A DNA stretch of 64,000 nucleotides from Takakia lepidozioides (Eukaryota > Plantae > Bryophyta). The position numbers and the translations under genes were made by a program. This document shows, in pieces, positions 35,101-46,573 of this stretch (position 1 is the first letter of the stretch; the number at the start of each line of letters is the position of its first letter). The DNA lies in the NCBI GenBank assembly GCA_030704615.1, contig CM060731.1:81654001-81718000 (forward strand), given 5' to 3'. The notes beneath the pieces were generated by a model. That model did no database searches. It was given only the letters and a program-made list of their open reading frames with translations, and was not told the DNA's origin.

Positions 35101-38100
35101 ACTGTCAGGCTGTCTTGGGATCTGGGAAACAGATACCCCCAAGGGCAGTTTCAGGCCTGATGGAGACACTTCCCTTGAAGAAGATCAAACTCCTTGGTGG
35201 CAAGCTTGGTGAAGTATGACATCTCTCTATTGCATGCACTTGTGTGAATGGTGCATCTGCATATTGTGGGAATGACAGGCAGCCTAGCAACATTGAGCGA
35301 GACAGAAAGTGAGAAACTCTTAAAGACAAGACCCATTGGAGCACGGTGAGAGAATGTATGCATTTGTAGCTCCCTACAAACATGGGTCTTGATGTACTCC
35401 TGAGCATGGTCCCTGCAGGATGTTGACTCTCCCGGAGCCAGTTATGCAGGTTCCAGGCAAACCAGAAATTGCTTTCGTACTGTTGAACCACCCGCTGAAA
35501 GTACATTTCGGGACTGGATTGTTGATTGAATAGTAAAAAGAGAGATGAGATGAAATGGTACTTTCCGCGGAAAGCTCAGAGATGAAAGAAAGAAATTCGA
35601 CAACATCCACAGGGGGGCCTCGGTACAATGGGACACGGTTAGGGAGAGAGAGAGGAAACACATAGAAAACCAGAGGCAAAGACAGATGACTGATGGAGTT
35701 TGCAGCACTTTTGTGTGTTGACCTGAAAGACAAAAGGGGTGTTCAACAGGAAATGAAGCAGAAATGGGGGTGCCTGACAGCAGGTGAGGCACAGCAGGTG
35801 CCACTAGCTGCGTTAGTGGCTTGCCTTGGTGAGCGTCTAGGCAACTATGCCTGGAGAGCAGTGCGTGGTCTCCAAGCTGACAAAGGTAGCTAGTACCTCC
35901 TCTTCCATTATCATTAATCTGTCCGAGTGTAGTTGTTTCTCGATGTGTCTGTATGCGTGTCATCCATCCCTGTATAACCTCACCTCTCCTTTCTTTGCAC
36001 AGTGTTAACCCTAGAATAGGGGATGCCACTCATTGTGCAAGTCCCATAGATTGCGTTTAGTTGTGAAATGTTTTGCTGCGCTATCGCTTCTGGTAGTTCG
36101 GAATAGCCCATATCTCAGCTCCTGTTTTACTGGGCCAGTGCAATTGAAGCAGATATCAAAGTCTATGCTGGCTGCTACGTCCTTCTCAGCAACCAAAGAC
36201 CTCTCAGAAGTCAGGTGGGTTAGTCCTTTATCTGGTAAGGCTAAAATAACGGGTAGCACTCTCTGTGGTTAACGTATGGATGCTCAAAGACATGAACAAA
36301 TGATGAACAATGGGAGGTTTCCATATCCTTTTGAAGGCCATATATTGTTGAACAGCAATGAGAGACGGGTCTTGTCTACTACCATGCAAAGTGCTAGGGA
36401 GCTAAAGTTTGCTTCGTGGAGTCTAGATGTCTAGACCACTAGGAATTCCTTATGAGAGTGCCACTGATTTGCCCCCACAACTCATGTCTGAATATCAGTG
36501 CTGTGTATTTCTTCTAGGCGTTGGCTAGGGGTCTTAGCTAATGAACTCTCAGTGCGAATGCATCGTGATTTTGAGCAAAATCACCGGCAGCCGCGATTGC
36601 TACAGCTATATTACCGCTCTGGGGAATTCAAGCATTCCAGTGATCACTCGAAGTCTATTGCAATGCCTCCAACTGCCTTGCAACTGCTGCTGTCTTCATC
36701 GCATAGCCCTACAAAGTTTCACAAATCGGGTCTTGGACAGTCAAGGGAGATCCATATGATTGCACATGTCGAGGACGATGATGAGGTTACAGAAGGAAAC
36801 CAGGAAGAAAACGAGAATGAGGTAAGAGATTTGCACCATGGAAACTGAGCACGGAAAAGTGGATTGTTTTCCTTGTCCTCATCTAAGAGGGAGGGGGGAA
36901 TAGAAATGTATTTGGTGAGTTCAATCAAGTGGTCTAACCAGAGAGCATGGGAGCAGGGCAGAGTTAGGGATGGTAAAGAGCGTTGCGGAGCCATAGGACC
37001 ACCAATGGAAAGTGTAGCAGCAGCTGTGACAGAGAAGACGCTAGCACTGGCCAAAGTTCTGGAAGACATTGCATTTCGGATGTTTGAGCGCCTCAGTGGG
37101 GCGCTACCATGCACACGCCTTGCACTTGCTGCCAGTGGTTTTCAGGAGCTTCCTGGTCAGGTAGATACTTATTACATTCCCAGGCCTCCTACATCTCCTC
37201 TCCCTCTCCTATCGTACATGTGTCATACAGATAGGTTGATTTTAAATCGAAGAGTCTGTTGGGTACTAGGGCCAAAAGAGATCTGCAGAGATCGCAGGAA
37301 AGTCTTTATACTGAAACTGGAGACCGAATTTTTGTTGAGTCGTCTCTAATTGCCTGGTTTAAGAGGCTTTCTTGGCAACCCACCTGATATGAATTGAGAA
37401 GATAAGCTCTTTCTATGTGTACATTTTGCAGGGAGTGCAATCTATAGAACACTTCTTTTCGAGCAGTGGTGGCCAACTTGAGTCAGTGAATGTGGACACA
37501 GGACTGCAGAGGATTCATCCCATCCCAAAACCTGTTGAGAGGTGTGCGGGAAGGCCCCAGGGCATCCTCAAGTATCTCACTTCTTATCCGACCACATCAA
37601 CTGAACAAGACACGAATAGTAGGAAGGCCCATTCCAGCTGCAGGGGCCGCAGCATTGAAGAAGGCTTGGTTGCAACAGGTCTCAGATGTCAGGTTGAAGC
37701 AAAGACTTTGACAAGTGGTGCTAGAGTCGACAGTTGCTCCACTGATCAAGAGACAGTGTCCTGTGCCCCTCACATCAGGATGCCAGCTGACTTGGAAGGA
37801 GAGGGTTTGCCTTCTGTAGACTTCAGCAGTCTACCCATCCTTGGACTTGAAAGTGGGTGTAAGAACCATTCAAATCAACCAATCAGGCAATCAGAAATGT
37901 CAGGTGAGATCTCTGGCCCTCGTATGGCCATGCCTCGTAAAGCTAACTCCAGGTAGCAAAAGTCTTATAAGCAGTTCTGCATGTTGTTTGTAAGTTGCTT
38001 TCCCTGCATCATCAAAAGTGAAGTGGGAGATTTATAACCTTTTTGTGCAGAGCAAAGGATTTTTCCCCAATAGTAATGTGTCGAGAACAACCCGGATGGA

Positions 38101-38612
38101 CAAATATAATCAGAAGAGTATTTCTTTATATGTCATGGAGGTATGAGTGTCCTTGCTTGCAGTTTAGTGTATCACTTAATCAATTGTCTGCATTGTAATC
38201 AGCAGATATGGTGAGGACTCAGATGGACCCCAGGCACTTTGACAAGGAAGCTATAGTGGAGGATCGAATTGACAAAACCAACTTGGACTCTGCTGTGGCC
38301 TCCCCTTCAGTACAAGATGAAAGAGAAGCATCTCCCAAGGTGAAAAATGGTGAAGAAGTTGATCTGAAGACCGTGAACGTGGATGAACAGTGCCGAATCT
38401 TGGAAGCCATCTATCAGTCTAATGGGTGCCCTCCCTCTGGACCGTCAGGCTTCAACTTGCAAAAGCAGGGAAAATCTCGGGAGCCCTCTGTTATGTCTAA
38501 TAAGCGTTTGCGGCATTCGAGTGGACATTCCCAGCCTGGCCAGCGGTCTATTTCCAATTTCTTCCATGCTCAGAACAATGCTAGAGAGGCTGAGGACTCA
38601 GGACTCCAATGA
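32163..38612 (+). CDS. Y-family translesion DNA polymerase, Pol eta/Rad30-like, ~14 exons
   Basis: Approximate exons 32163-32225 (HVDLDCFYAA), 32679-32816 (PLAVQQ.DGLIAVNYAAR), 33200-33310 (CPDLYLVHV..KVCLERYR), 33617-33709 (ERASIDEAYLD), ~34167-34309, ~34526-34601 (GYTCS), 34707-34774 (GIATNKLLAK..NKPDRQT), 35133-35213 (LGGKLG), 35750-35886, 36139-36214 (KSMLAA), 36518-36821, ~36957-37160, 37432-~37903, ~38206-38612. PIP-like motifs QSIEHFF and QRSISNFF. Confidence 0.92.
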
Positions 38613-39793
38613 AATGGAATATCTGGCAAAGAATTCATTAATCAGATCTTGTGCGTCATAGGCTTGTGGCCATAGAACTGTAGCCTACATCATACGTGGA
38701 CTCTGACTGGTAAGAACTCCAAGCTCTCTCTCAACGGCAATGGCCCTTCACCGCCTCATCCTGCAACATGAGAGACAGATGCTAATGTGGCAGCTTTTGG
38801 GAACTTACGTTCTCTCCAATCTGAGCACTGGAACAGTGGAACTGCAGAGGCTATCTGCGAAGAGGTCCATAAATATGAAATGATCATTAGACCATGGCGA
38901 TGCCTCACCCCAGTTCTGCATTCACTATTCTTCAGTTGTGTTGAATAGAAACAAATCAGGGTATGATACATACAACGTCAGACTCTTAACAAATTCCTGG
39001 CCCTGCGCCGGGAGAAATGATGTAGAAGCAACTCGTTAAATAGCCAAGCAAATTCACCCCATCATTTCGCAGGTTGCAAAGATACTTATAATTGCCTGCC
39101 AGCTTAGAGATGAATCTATGCCAGTTCTGCAGGCTATATGTGATACCTGGAGTGAACTAGGGCAGATCCTGGAAGACACTTGGTCTGGGATGGCTTCTAC
39201 ATCTTCCATTTCAGATACTATTTCTCCTGCCAGCTGCAGTTACACACACACCCTCCATCCCACGCCTCTAGTTGGGTTACAACAACCGTCCTTTGCTTGC
39301 TACGTTTGGTAGCAAGTCAGAGATGAAGGGCAAAACAGGAAGACAGAAAACAAAAGCTTATGAGCCTGCTAGAACAACTGAGAAAGGTCCACCTCCGGTT
39401 CCTCTCTCAAATGAGATCGCATCAAGCAGGCAACCTGGTGCAGAAAGCGGATATTCATGCAAAGAAGATGGCAAAACTCCTGAACTCAAAAGAGGATCGT
39501 TGTGGCTAAACGGCCACCAAGCTCTAACTATGTTTCGCCAACGAGTCTGTGTCTTGCTTGACTGGTGAAGAACTTTCTCAACCCTAGTCTCCTCAAGATT
39601 TGAGTGTGCAAATTACAGTGAGGAGTAACTCTATTGAGGCTCTTTTGTGGGTGTCTTTCTCTTCGTCTCCAGTGCCCCTCCAGTGTGAAGAGGTAGATTT
39701 TTTTGGAAAAGGAACAGTGGGGCATAGCACGTCATCTCTTTCTCTAGAGTATACATACACAAACAGAGGAGAACCGCCCATTTTCAGAGGGCA

Positions 39794-42700
39794 ATGGCAG
39801 CAGGAGCAGCAGTTTGTGTGTCTCAACTGACGACTGTGAGGAAGCTGTTCGCCACACCAGCACGGGGTAGCTCTCCAGCACCTTCAGGCACTGAAATCAA
39901 GGTCTGCTGCAAGGATGGCCTCCGCGAGCCCCTTCCTCGCCTCAGGTCTCCTATCTTTCTCTGCCCCTTCGAGCATCTGCATTAATCATGCCGAATAAGT
40001 AGTCATAAACTTGTAACCACAAAAGCAAGGCATGCTCTCCATTCCTCGCCACACTTCTCTTCTCATGAGAATCTTACGATGTTCTAGCTGAACCATGTGA
40101 AAATTTCCCAGCTACACAGATGACAAGGAATAAATCCGGCAGACTGTTCCCATTCGTGAGCCCTTCCAGCAGCCATGCCTTTGTCCTGCTGAGCCTGCAA
40201 ACTAATTATCTTCCCCTTGTAAGGAACTATCAAATCTTGTATCAAACAGAACCGCAAACTATGGCCTGGGGGCCGCTAAAGCAAATCCTCAGTCTCACAA
40301 TACTGGGGCATTTCTCCACCTGCTTGAACAGGAAATTGTTAGTCAGGGAAGGCTCAAAGTGTTATCCGGCAATGTAACCAGCACTTTGTATTTGGCAGGG
40401 ACATTAAGTGACTCTGGGGATTTGCAGTTGCAGGAAGAAATTCATTGCAAAGGCTGCTTACAAAGCTTCAGCAAGCCTGAACTCTGAAGGATTCTGGACT
40501 CCTTCATCCAGTGACAGTCATGAAGTCTGGTCAATCAGGTTCTTTGCCCCATTCTGATAAGCTGGAAACATTTCAGACTACTAAGACCATTTTTTGAGCT
40601 AACCTATTAATGCTGAGGACTTTTGGATTGGATTCAGAATAGGGTGGCTTCAATCTGGGCTTTTAAAACAATATTTTTGAAAGTGAAGAAAACTTTGTAT
40701 ATGGTGGATTATCGGGTTTTTGCTTAGCGATGATTAGTTTTGCCTGCTGAGTGCAAGTAGTTTCATGGCTGGAATTCTCCCATTACTTCCAGGAACATTA
40801 GTGCAAAGGTTTGTGTGATGGTATGCCACTGAATGCGTGTGTAGTATTATCTTTGATCCACACCCTCTGTGGGGAGCTCTTGAAGTCAGTGGGGAGTGGT
40901 GGCAGCTTGTCACTGCCACATGTCTGAGGTTGATGGTCTGAGAGTTAATGTTAAGATTGCACTCTCTATGTTGTGCTAGTTTTGGATTTAACTTGGACTG
41001 GCACTTTCGTCATATTTCAATGACTGTATGGAGTTGTTACTATGTACCAAGTAGATGATATGTTGAAATAGCAGGTTCACTGGTGTGCATTACGTGGGAG
41101 TTTGTAGAAGCTTTGGGTTCGAGGGGGTTTTGTAAGAAGCCAAACAGGCTAAGAGTAGGCAGTTGGCTGTGAAATGACTCTAAATTACTGTTCATCTTTG
41201 CTATTTTGTAAAGTGCTCAGAGTTGACTGATCAGGAAGGATGTTTGTGGGGGAGCAGGAGTGATCTGGAGTTACCTACCTCAGCTTATGCTTATGAGGGG
41301 CCCATAGCACAGGGAGGACAGGGGCCATCACCCATGTTGGCTGAGAGATTCCAGAGCGTGATTACTCAGCTCTTCCAGCATGTAATCTTGGTTACACTTT
41401 TTCCTCATCTTTCCTGTTTGCCTTCACCATGTTAGGGAGAGTTGTAGGATCAGGCCAATGAAGAGTTCCCAGGTAGGTGGCTATACTTCTTTGTGCCAAA
41501 AGCATCAATCTTCTAAAGTATTTTCCTGTGCATGAAGGGATCTTGCATCCATGTTGTCGGAGGCGCTAGTTGAGTCACTATCAAGTGTTTATGTGGATCT
41601 ATATTGGTGTGCCTTAGTCACCTGTGTGGAGTGAGTGGCCACTGAGAGTGATTGTTGGGCATGCCAACAGCGGATCATTCGATGTGGCGGCGCTGTGGAT
41701 GATGACATGGCCAACTTGATTGTGGCGCAGTTGCTTTATCTGGATGCTGCTGATCCCAGCAGGGTTTGTTTTGCTTTACCTCCTGATATCTTATTTTGAC
41801 ACACATTATAGAGAGATGGATGGTGGGAGCTAGTGTTCAGGCAATTCCTTTTGTAGGGTGTTGTTGAAGGAGGCCGTAACCAAAGATGAGAGTCAAAAGT
41901 TGTTCCACACATCTCTTTTGTCAATAACTGGCAGAAAATTCAAGCTCTCAATGGCTTATTCAGATGTGAGGACTTGACCTGAGTTGGAGTTGTTTAATGT
42001 CATGCAGGATATTGTCATGTATGTGAACTCACCTGGAGGTTCGGTCACTGCAGGTATGCTTTGTTGCAGTCCACCACCTGCTTAGCTGCAGCTCAAGGTT
42101 GGATAGGTTCAGTCCTCAGCTGTTCTGTAGGTCCCTTATAGAGGTTATCCATCGCCCACATCTAGTAGACTCCAGGAAGTTTGGTTTGTATTAACTTGAC
42201 ATTGTGTTGGGAGGAGGTTCTATGTGGGTTCCGGTTCTGTGTCATCGATCAAGGTTTTGAACATTACTTCAACTGAAAGGCATAATCTTTTGGTGCCTGT
42301 GATAGGGATGGCAATATTTGATACGATGAGGCACATTCGACCTGATGTCAGTACTGTATGCGTCGGATTGGCTGCCAGGTATGCACTTGGCTGCAGTTTT
42401 TCTATTCACTCCAAGGAACAAAGATTCTATTCATTTATTCACTTATGCTAAATGCACTTGTTCACTCACTGTTTATAATCATATTGAGAAGAAATGTAAC
42501 GTTAACTTCTTGTGTGTATTTGAGGAGAGCTGATCTGAGATATGTATTTGGGTACTAAGATGGATCATGCATGGAGTTGGTTTCTTGCTTCAAACCCTAT
42601 GACTTCATACCCTATAACAACAGATGACTTGTTGTGGAGCTAAGTCATGGGTGGTCTGAAGGCTGTCCATCGTTTGTGCAGTATGGGTGCTTTCCTTCTC

Positions 42701-43607
42701 AGCGGTGGCACAAAGGGTATGTAACAGTTTTCTCCTGAGCCCACCAAGTTGTTAGTGTTTGGAGTGGAAGATTTACTGAGTTCTGGGGAGTCTGTTGAGA
42801 CAAGAGAGAAGCAAGAGGGAGGTTAGGAGGGGTTGCACGGCTGGCCGACAGAAAAGAGCCAGTAAGGAGCTTTGTTACCTAAGAGACTGGAACGCGCCAT
42901 GGTGTTGGTAAAGAGTCAGATAATTCTGATGGTCAGTGCATGTTGGGGCACTGACCCTGCCGTCAATTCATCTTTCTTTAGAGTTGCTACATCACAACTC
43001 AATTGTTTATAGCCCACTTGTCATACATATTGTATTTGCTGCAGGCAAGCGTTACAGTCTCCCAAATTCACGCATTATGATACATCAACCACTTGGAGGT
43101 GCCCAAGGTCAGCAGACAGACATTGAAATTCAGGTGTTTCTCTTTTTCTCCTTGACCATATCCCGCACTGTCAAATTGTTGTTGAAATTGGGGCCCTTTC
43201 AGTACTGTTCCCCATTGGTCCTTGGAGACCCTACTTCGGAAACAAAATGGGTGTAATATTTTACCATATGACTTCCCATAAAAGTGACTAGAATTGAAAT
43301 GGAACCTTAATTTTCTTAAGAAAATAGGTGTGTTGCCTCTTAAGGGGGAATGGCAAGTAGCTGGTGGGTTGAAGTTAATGTGAGTTTGGTGGTGTGGCTC
43401 TAGGCAAACGAGATCTTGCACCACAAAGCCAACTTGAATGGGTACCTATCATACCAAACGGGGCAGCCATTGGAGAAAATTGTGCAAGACACCGACCGAG
43501 ATTTCTTCATGAGTGCGAAGGAGGCGAAGGAGTACGGCCTTATTGATGCTGTGATATCTAATCCCCTAAAAGCACTTCAGCCCTTGCCTGCCCCTGCCCC
43601 TGCTTGA
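39794..43607 (+). CDS. CLPP5: Plastid ATP-dependent Clp protease proteolytic subunit 5, 9 exons
   Basis: Exons 39794-39945, 40428-40538, 41258-41381, 41671-41763, 42008-42053, 42306-42378, 42682-42716, 43045-43133, 43405-43607. [51 protein letters not shown] (Ser), IMIHQPLGG (His), [19 protein letters not shown]. Confidence 0.96.
40756..41062. repeat. Copy of the unclassified intronic repeat family in CLPP5 intron 2
   Basis: Collinear by eye with 19549-19860 and 19100-19263, including gtggcagcttgtcactgccac. Confidence 0.7.
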
Positions 43608-44621
43608 GCTATTAGTTTAGAATCTTGCGGTCATCTATACTGGGCTCTCCATTTACCATCTGAAAATCTGCAGGGAATCCGGATCTTACCAAGTTGTTGT
43701 GGGGCCTTATCAGTTAACAGATGAACAGTGTGGCTGAAGGTGGTGGGCACCACGTGATTGAGATGTTAGAGCTTTTCTTGTAGGAGTCTGGGCAGTTATT
43801 AGGATGCTCCCACTCATCTATAGAGAAAATATCCCGGGTTGCATTTACTAGCAAGTTTTGCTATGTGAAAGTCTATCTGTAGCATATAAGTAAAGATTTG
43901 CAACATGCTGTATTTGATTGACTCAACATTGCATGGTCTTCAAATTGAGTAGAAATTTGAAATAGCTTCAAATATATTGATTGGGCTTGACCGCATTAAG
44001 GTCACCATTGCCACCCTGCTTCATCCATGCAGGCTTTGAGAGTATATACGTGAAACCCGTCTTTTGCCAGATGGGCACTTCTTCTATCAACAGAACATCC
44101 TTTCTTGCGTGTGATGTGCGATCTCACCTCGAGATTCTCTGGCGGCAAGTATTGCGGGGTTGTGGGTCCCTGGACCGCCAGCCATGGTCCTTTTCCGTTC
44201 ATTATGCTAGTAGCTAACAGCATATGCTTTTATCCATGTGAGTTTCACAACAGCAACGAAATGTCACTTAGAAGTGAGACGGAAGCAAATCACAAAGCAG
44301 AGGTGAGAGAAGGTGATGAAAGGGCAATTGAACGACATTAATCCTTGTGCGCTTTGAAGCACCCTGCTTTGGAGGGTTATGGCAGTAAGACATGGCTGGA
44401 GACGGCTATGAACGTGGTGACCCTGACGCAGCCGTCGTCCTGCCTGCGAGAGCACGGACTAGAAGGACGGGAGTGTTGAGCGAAAAACATGGCATCATTC
44501 GTGGCTCGATTGTTTGGACTCTTGTGGGGGCGGTGCTAGGCTGCTGCCAGCTGCGCTGTTGAAAGTCGCCCTTCTGAAAGACTGAGATCTGAACTGTAGA
44601 TTCATGTAGTCGCTGAAGTCC

Positions 44622-44629
44622 CTATATAA
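44622..44629 (+). promoter_or_regulatory. Candidate TATA box of the STIG1-like gene
   Basis: CTATATAA lies ~120 bp upstream of ATG 44748. Confidence 0.5.
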
Positions 44630-44747
44630 CGCTGCCCACATGGAGGCAATTTCGTAAGTAGAGCAGCTGCGGGGTTACTTGCTGGGTTTCCTTGGTGTCA
44701 CCACCTCTTGAGACTCTCGTTGCCCAAGTCCACAACCGGCTCCAGTA

Positions 44748-45218
44748 ATGGCCGGAAACGTAAGGAGCCAGTTGGGTTTGGGAGCGACGCTGCAGGTGTT
44801 GGTGACAATTGCGGCAGTACTTCCGATGCTGGTGGAGAAAACGGTAGGAGAGGAGGTTCAAGCGATTGATGAGGGTGCCGGACTGATCATTCAGCGGAGC
44901 GGAGGCAGAAGCCATTTTCTGAACGCCTGGGCCGAAACCTCCAGGACACCATTAAGCTGTCACAAGGATCCCACAATATGTACGAAGCTGTTGGCTTCGG
45001 CAGCTGATTCAGCTCGGGCCTGCTGCAAAATGTCGTGTGTGGACATTTCCTGCAATACCCTCAACTGTGGCAAGTGTAGCCACAAGTGCGCATTCGATCT
45101 CGATTGCTGCAATTTCGGGTGCGTGAACCTGAAGAATGATCCCCGTAATTGTGGCGAATGTGGGCATAACTGTCCTTACGGCTTCACTTGCAACTTCGGG
45201 GTCTGTGGGGATTACTGA
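44748..45218 (+). CDS. STIG1-like secreted cysteine-rich protein, intronless
   Basis: Hydrophobic signal-like N-terminus, then RS.FL, and the Cys pattern C..DP.IC..CC...CVD....NCG.C...C.....CC...CV.L..D..NCG.CG..C.....C..G.C.Y typical of the Stig1 family. Confidence 0.9.
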   Translation: MAGNVRSQLGLGATLQVLVTIAAVLPMLVEKTVGEEVQAIDEGAGLIIQRSGGRSHFLNAWAETSRTPLSCHKDPTICTKLLASAADSARACCKMSCVDISCNTLNCGKCSHKCAFDLDCCNFGCVNLKNDPRNCGECGHNCPYGFTCNFGVCGDY

Positions 45219-46573
45219 CCTGTCTCTCTACAGGTCTCGCCCCTCCAGTATGCAGTACAATAACCGTTGAACTTGGGGTGGAGTTCAGATGCTCGGTCTG
45301 TCACCATCAGCACCTCAGCTACCTGTTAGATCCTCTGTCTTTAAGTAGCAAATTGACAAGTTTGCCTATATAATGAGGATGCCGTTTGCTGGCAAATAAT
45401 TAAATCGCGTGTCTAAACCTTATGGAACACGACCAGTGCAAGTGTGGAAATCTGCACAATTCTAGATCGACATTGATCAGGATCAAATATGTTTTGTTTG
45501 TACTCCAGGCAGATTTAATAATGCCAGATGAAATGGCGATCCCGCCACAGGCTACCCGGCAGATGAAGCTTTTATTATATATATGTTGTGTGTGCGTGTG
45601 TTGTTTTCTCTGAAACCCATAGACCCTTGGTGGTCTTTCGGCAGTCTCATGCATGTCCGGTGCACGTCTACTGTCGAGTTTCCACAACCACCCAGAAGCC
45701 GGAAATTCTCGGTTCTGATCTTTGTTGAACACATAACAATACGTAGCCTGCGAACACCAGGGAGAGAGAGGGAAATAAAACTTCGCGTAGATTGAACATT
45801 GAAGACACTGTGTTTGGCACCATATTTGTTGGCATCCTCTCCTAAAAAATCTTCTTGTTTCAGTTCCATTTTCTTGTATTAAGTTTCTGTGTATGCAGAT
45901 TTGCACGGCATAGATTGTCCACCATCCCACAATTACGTGACGTAGAGAAAATGTAGCGGCATGTCCTGTAGATTGGTGCTCTTACTATATTGGAAACATG
46001 ACCTTCTCACTCCACCAAAGTGGCACGTTCAGAATTTACCAAGGACTCCCTATAGTCAAAGAGGTGGTGGCTCTTAACACAATTTTGATTGCATGCATTA
46101 GGTCACAATTGGCAACATCATTCATGAGAAGCTGTGTAAGTCAGCCTACAGACTACAGACTACAGACCGCCCAACTGATGAAACATGAAACCCACAATAT
46201 ACTGCAAGAAAGAAATAAGAGAAGAAATAATTTTGAAAGACCGGGACTTGCAGGTATGTGATAACCGCCCAACACTCGTTTGGGCAACCAGAAGGTGTCC
46301 AGTGTCCACCTTCCAAACGGAAGGTAGTAGCCCTTCAGGGTGAAATGACACTTGCTTCGGCAGGAGTTAAGCTTCCTTCTTGAATTGGTGGGCTCTGCAT
46401 GTTTGGAGTCAATTGTTCGATTGGACTTGATGGTGACCGGATAGCAGAGGTCCATGGGAGAACTTTTGAACCTCTTATTGAAAGTGGTAAGATTAGAAGA
46501 AAGACATGTTGGACTACCGAGATGAACTAGTTTGGTTAGGACAGAGCCGTGGATTTTGTCTGTGCATGACCAG

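Noticed and set aside
38720-39260. Exon-like open stretches with GT/AG sites on the minus strand between the polymerase and CLPP5
   Set aside because: No start codon, coherent model or recognisable homology. An antisense transcript cannot be excluded.
45400-45930. 176-aa minus-strand ORF downstream of the STIG1-like gene
   Set aside because: Non-ATG start, atypical composition, no motifs.
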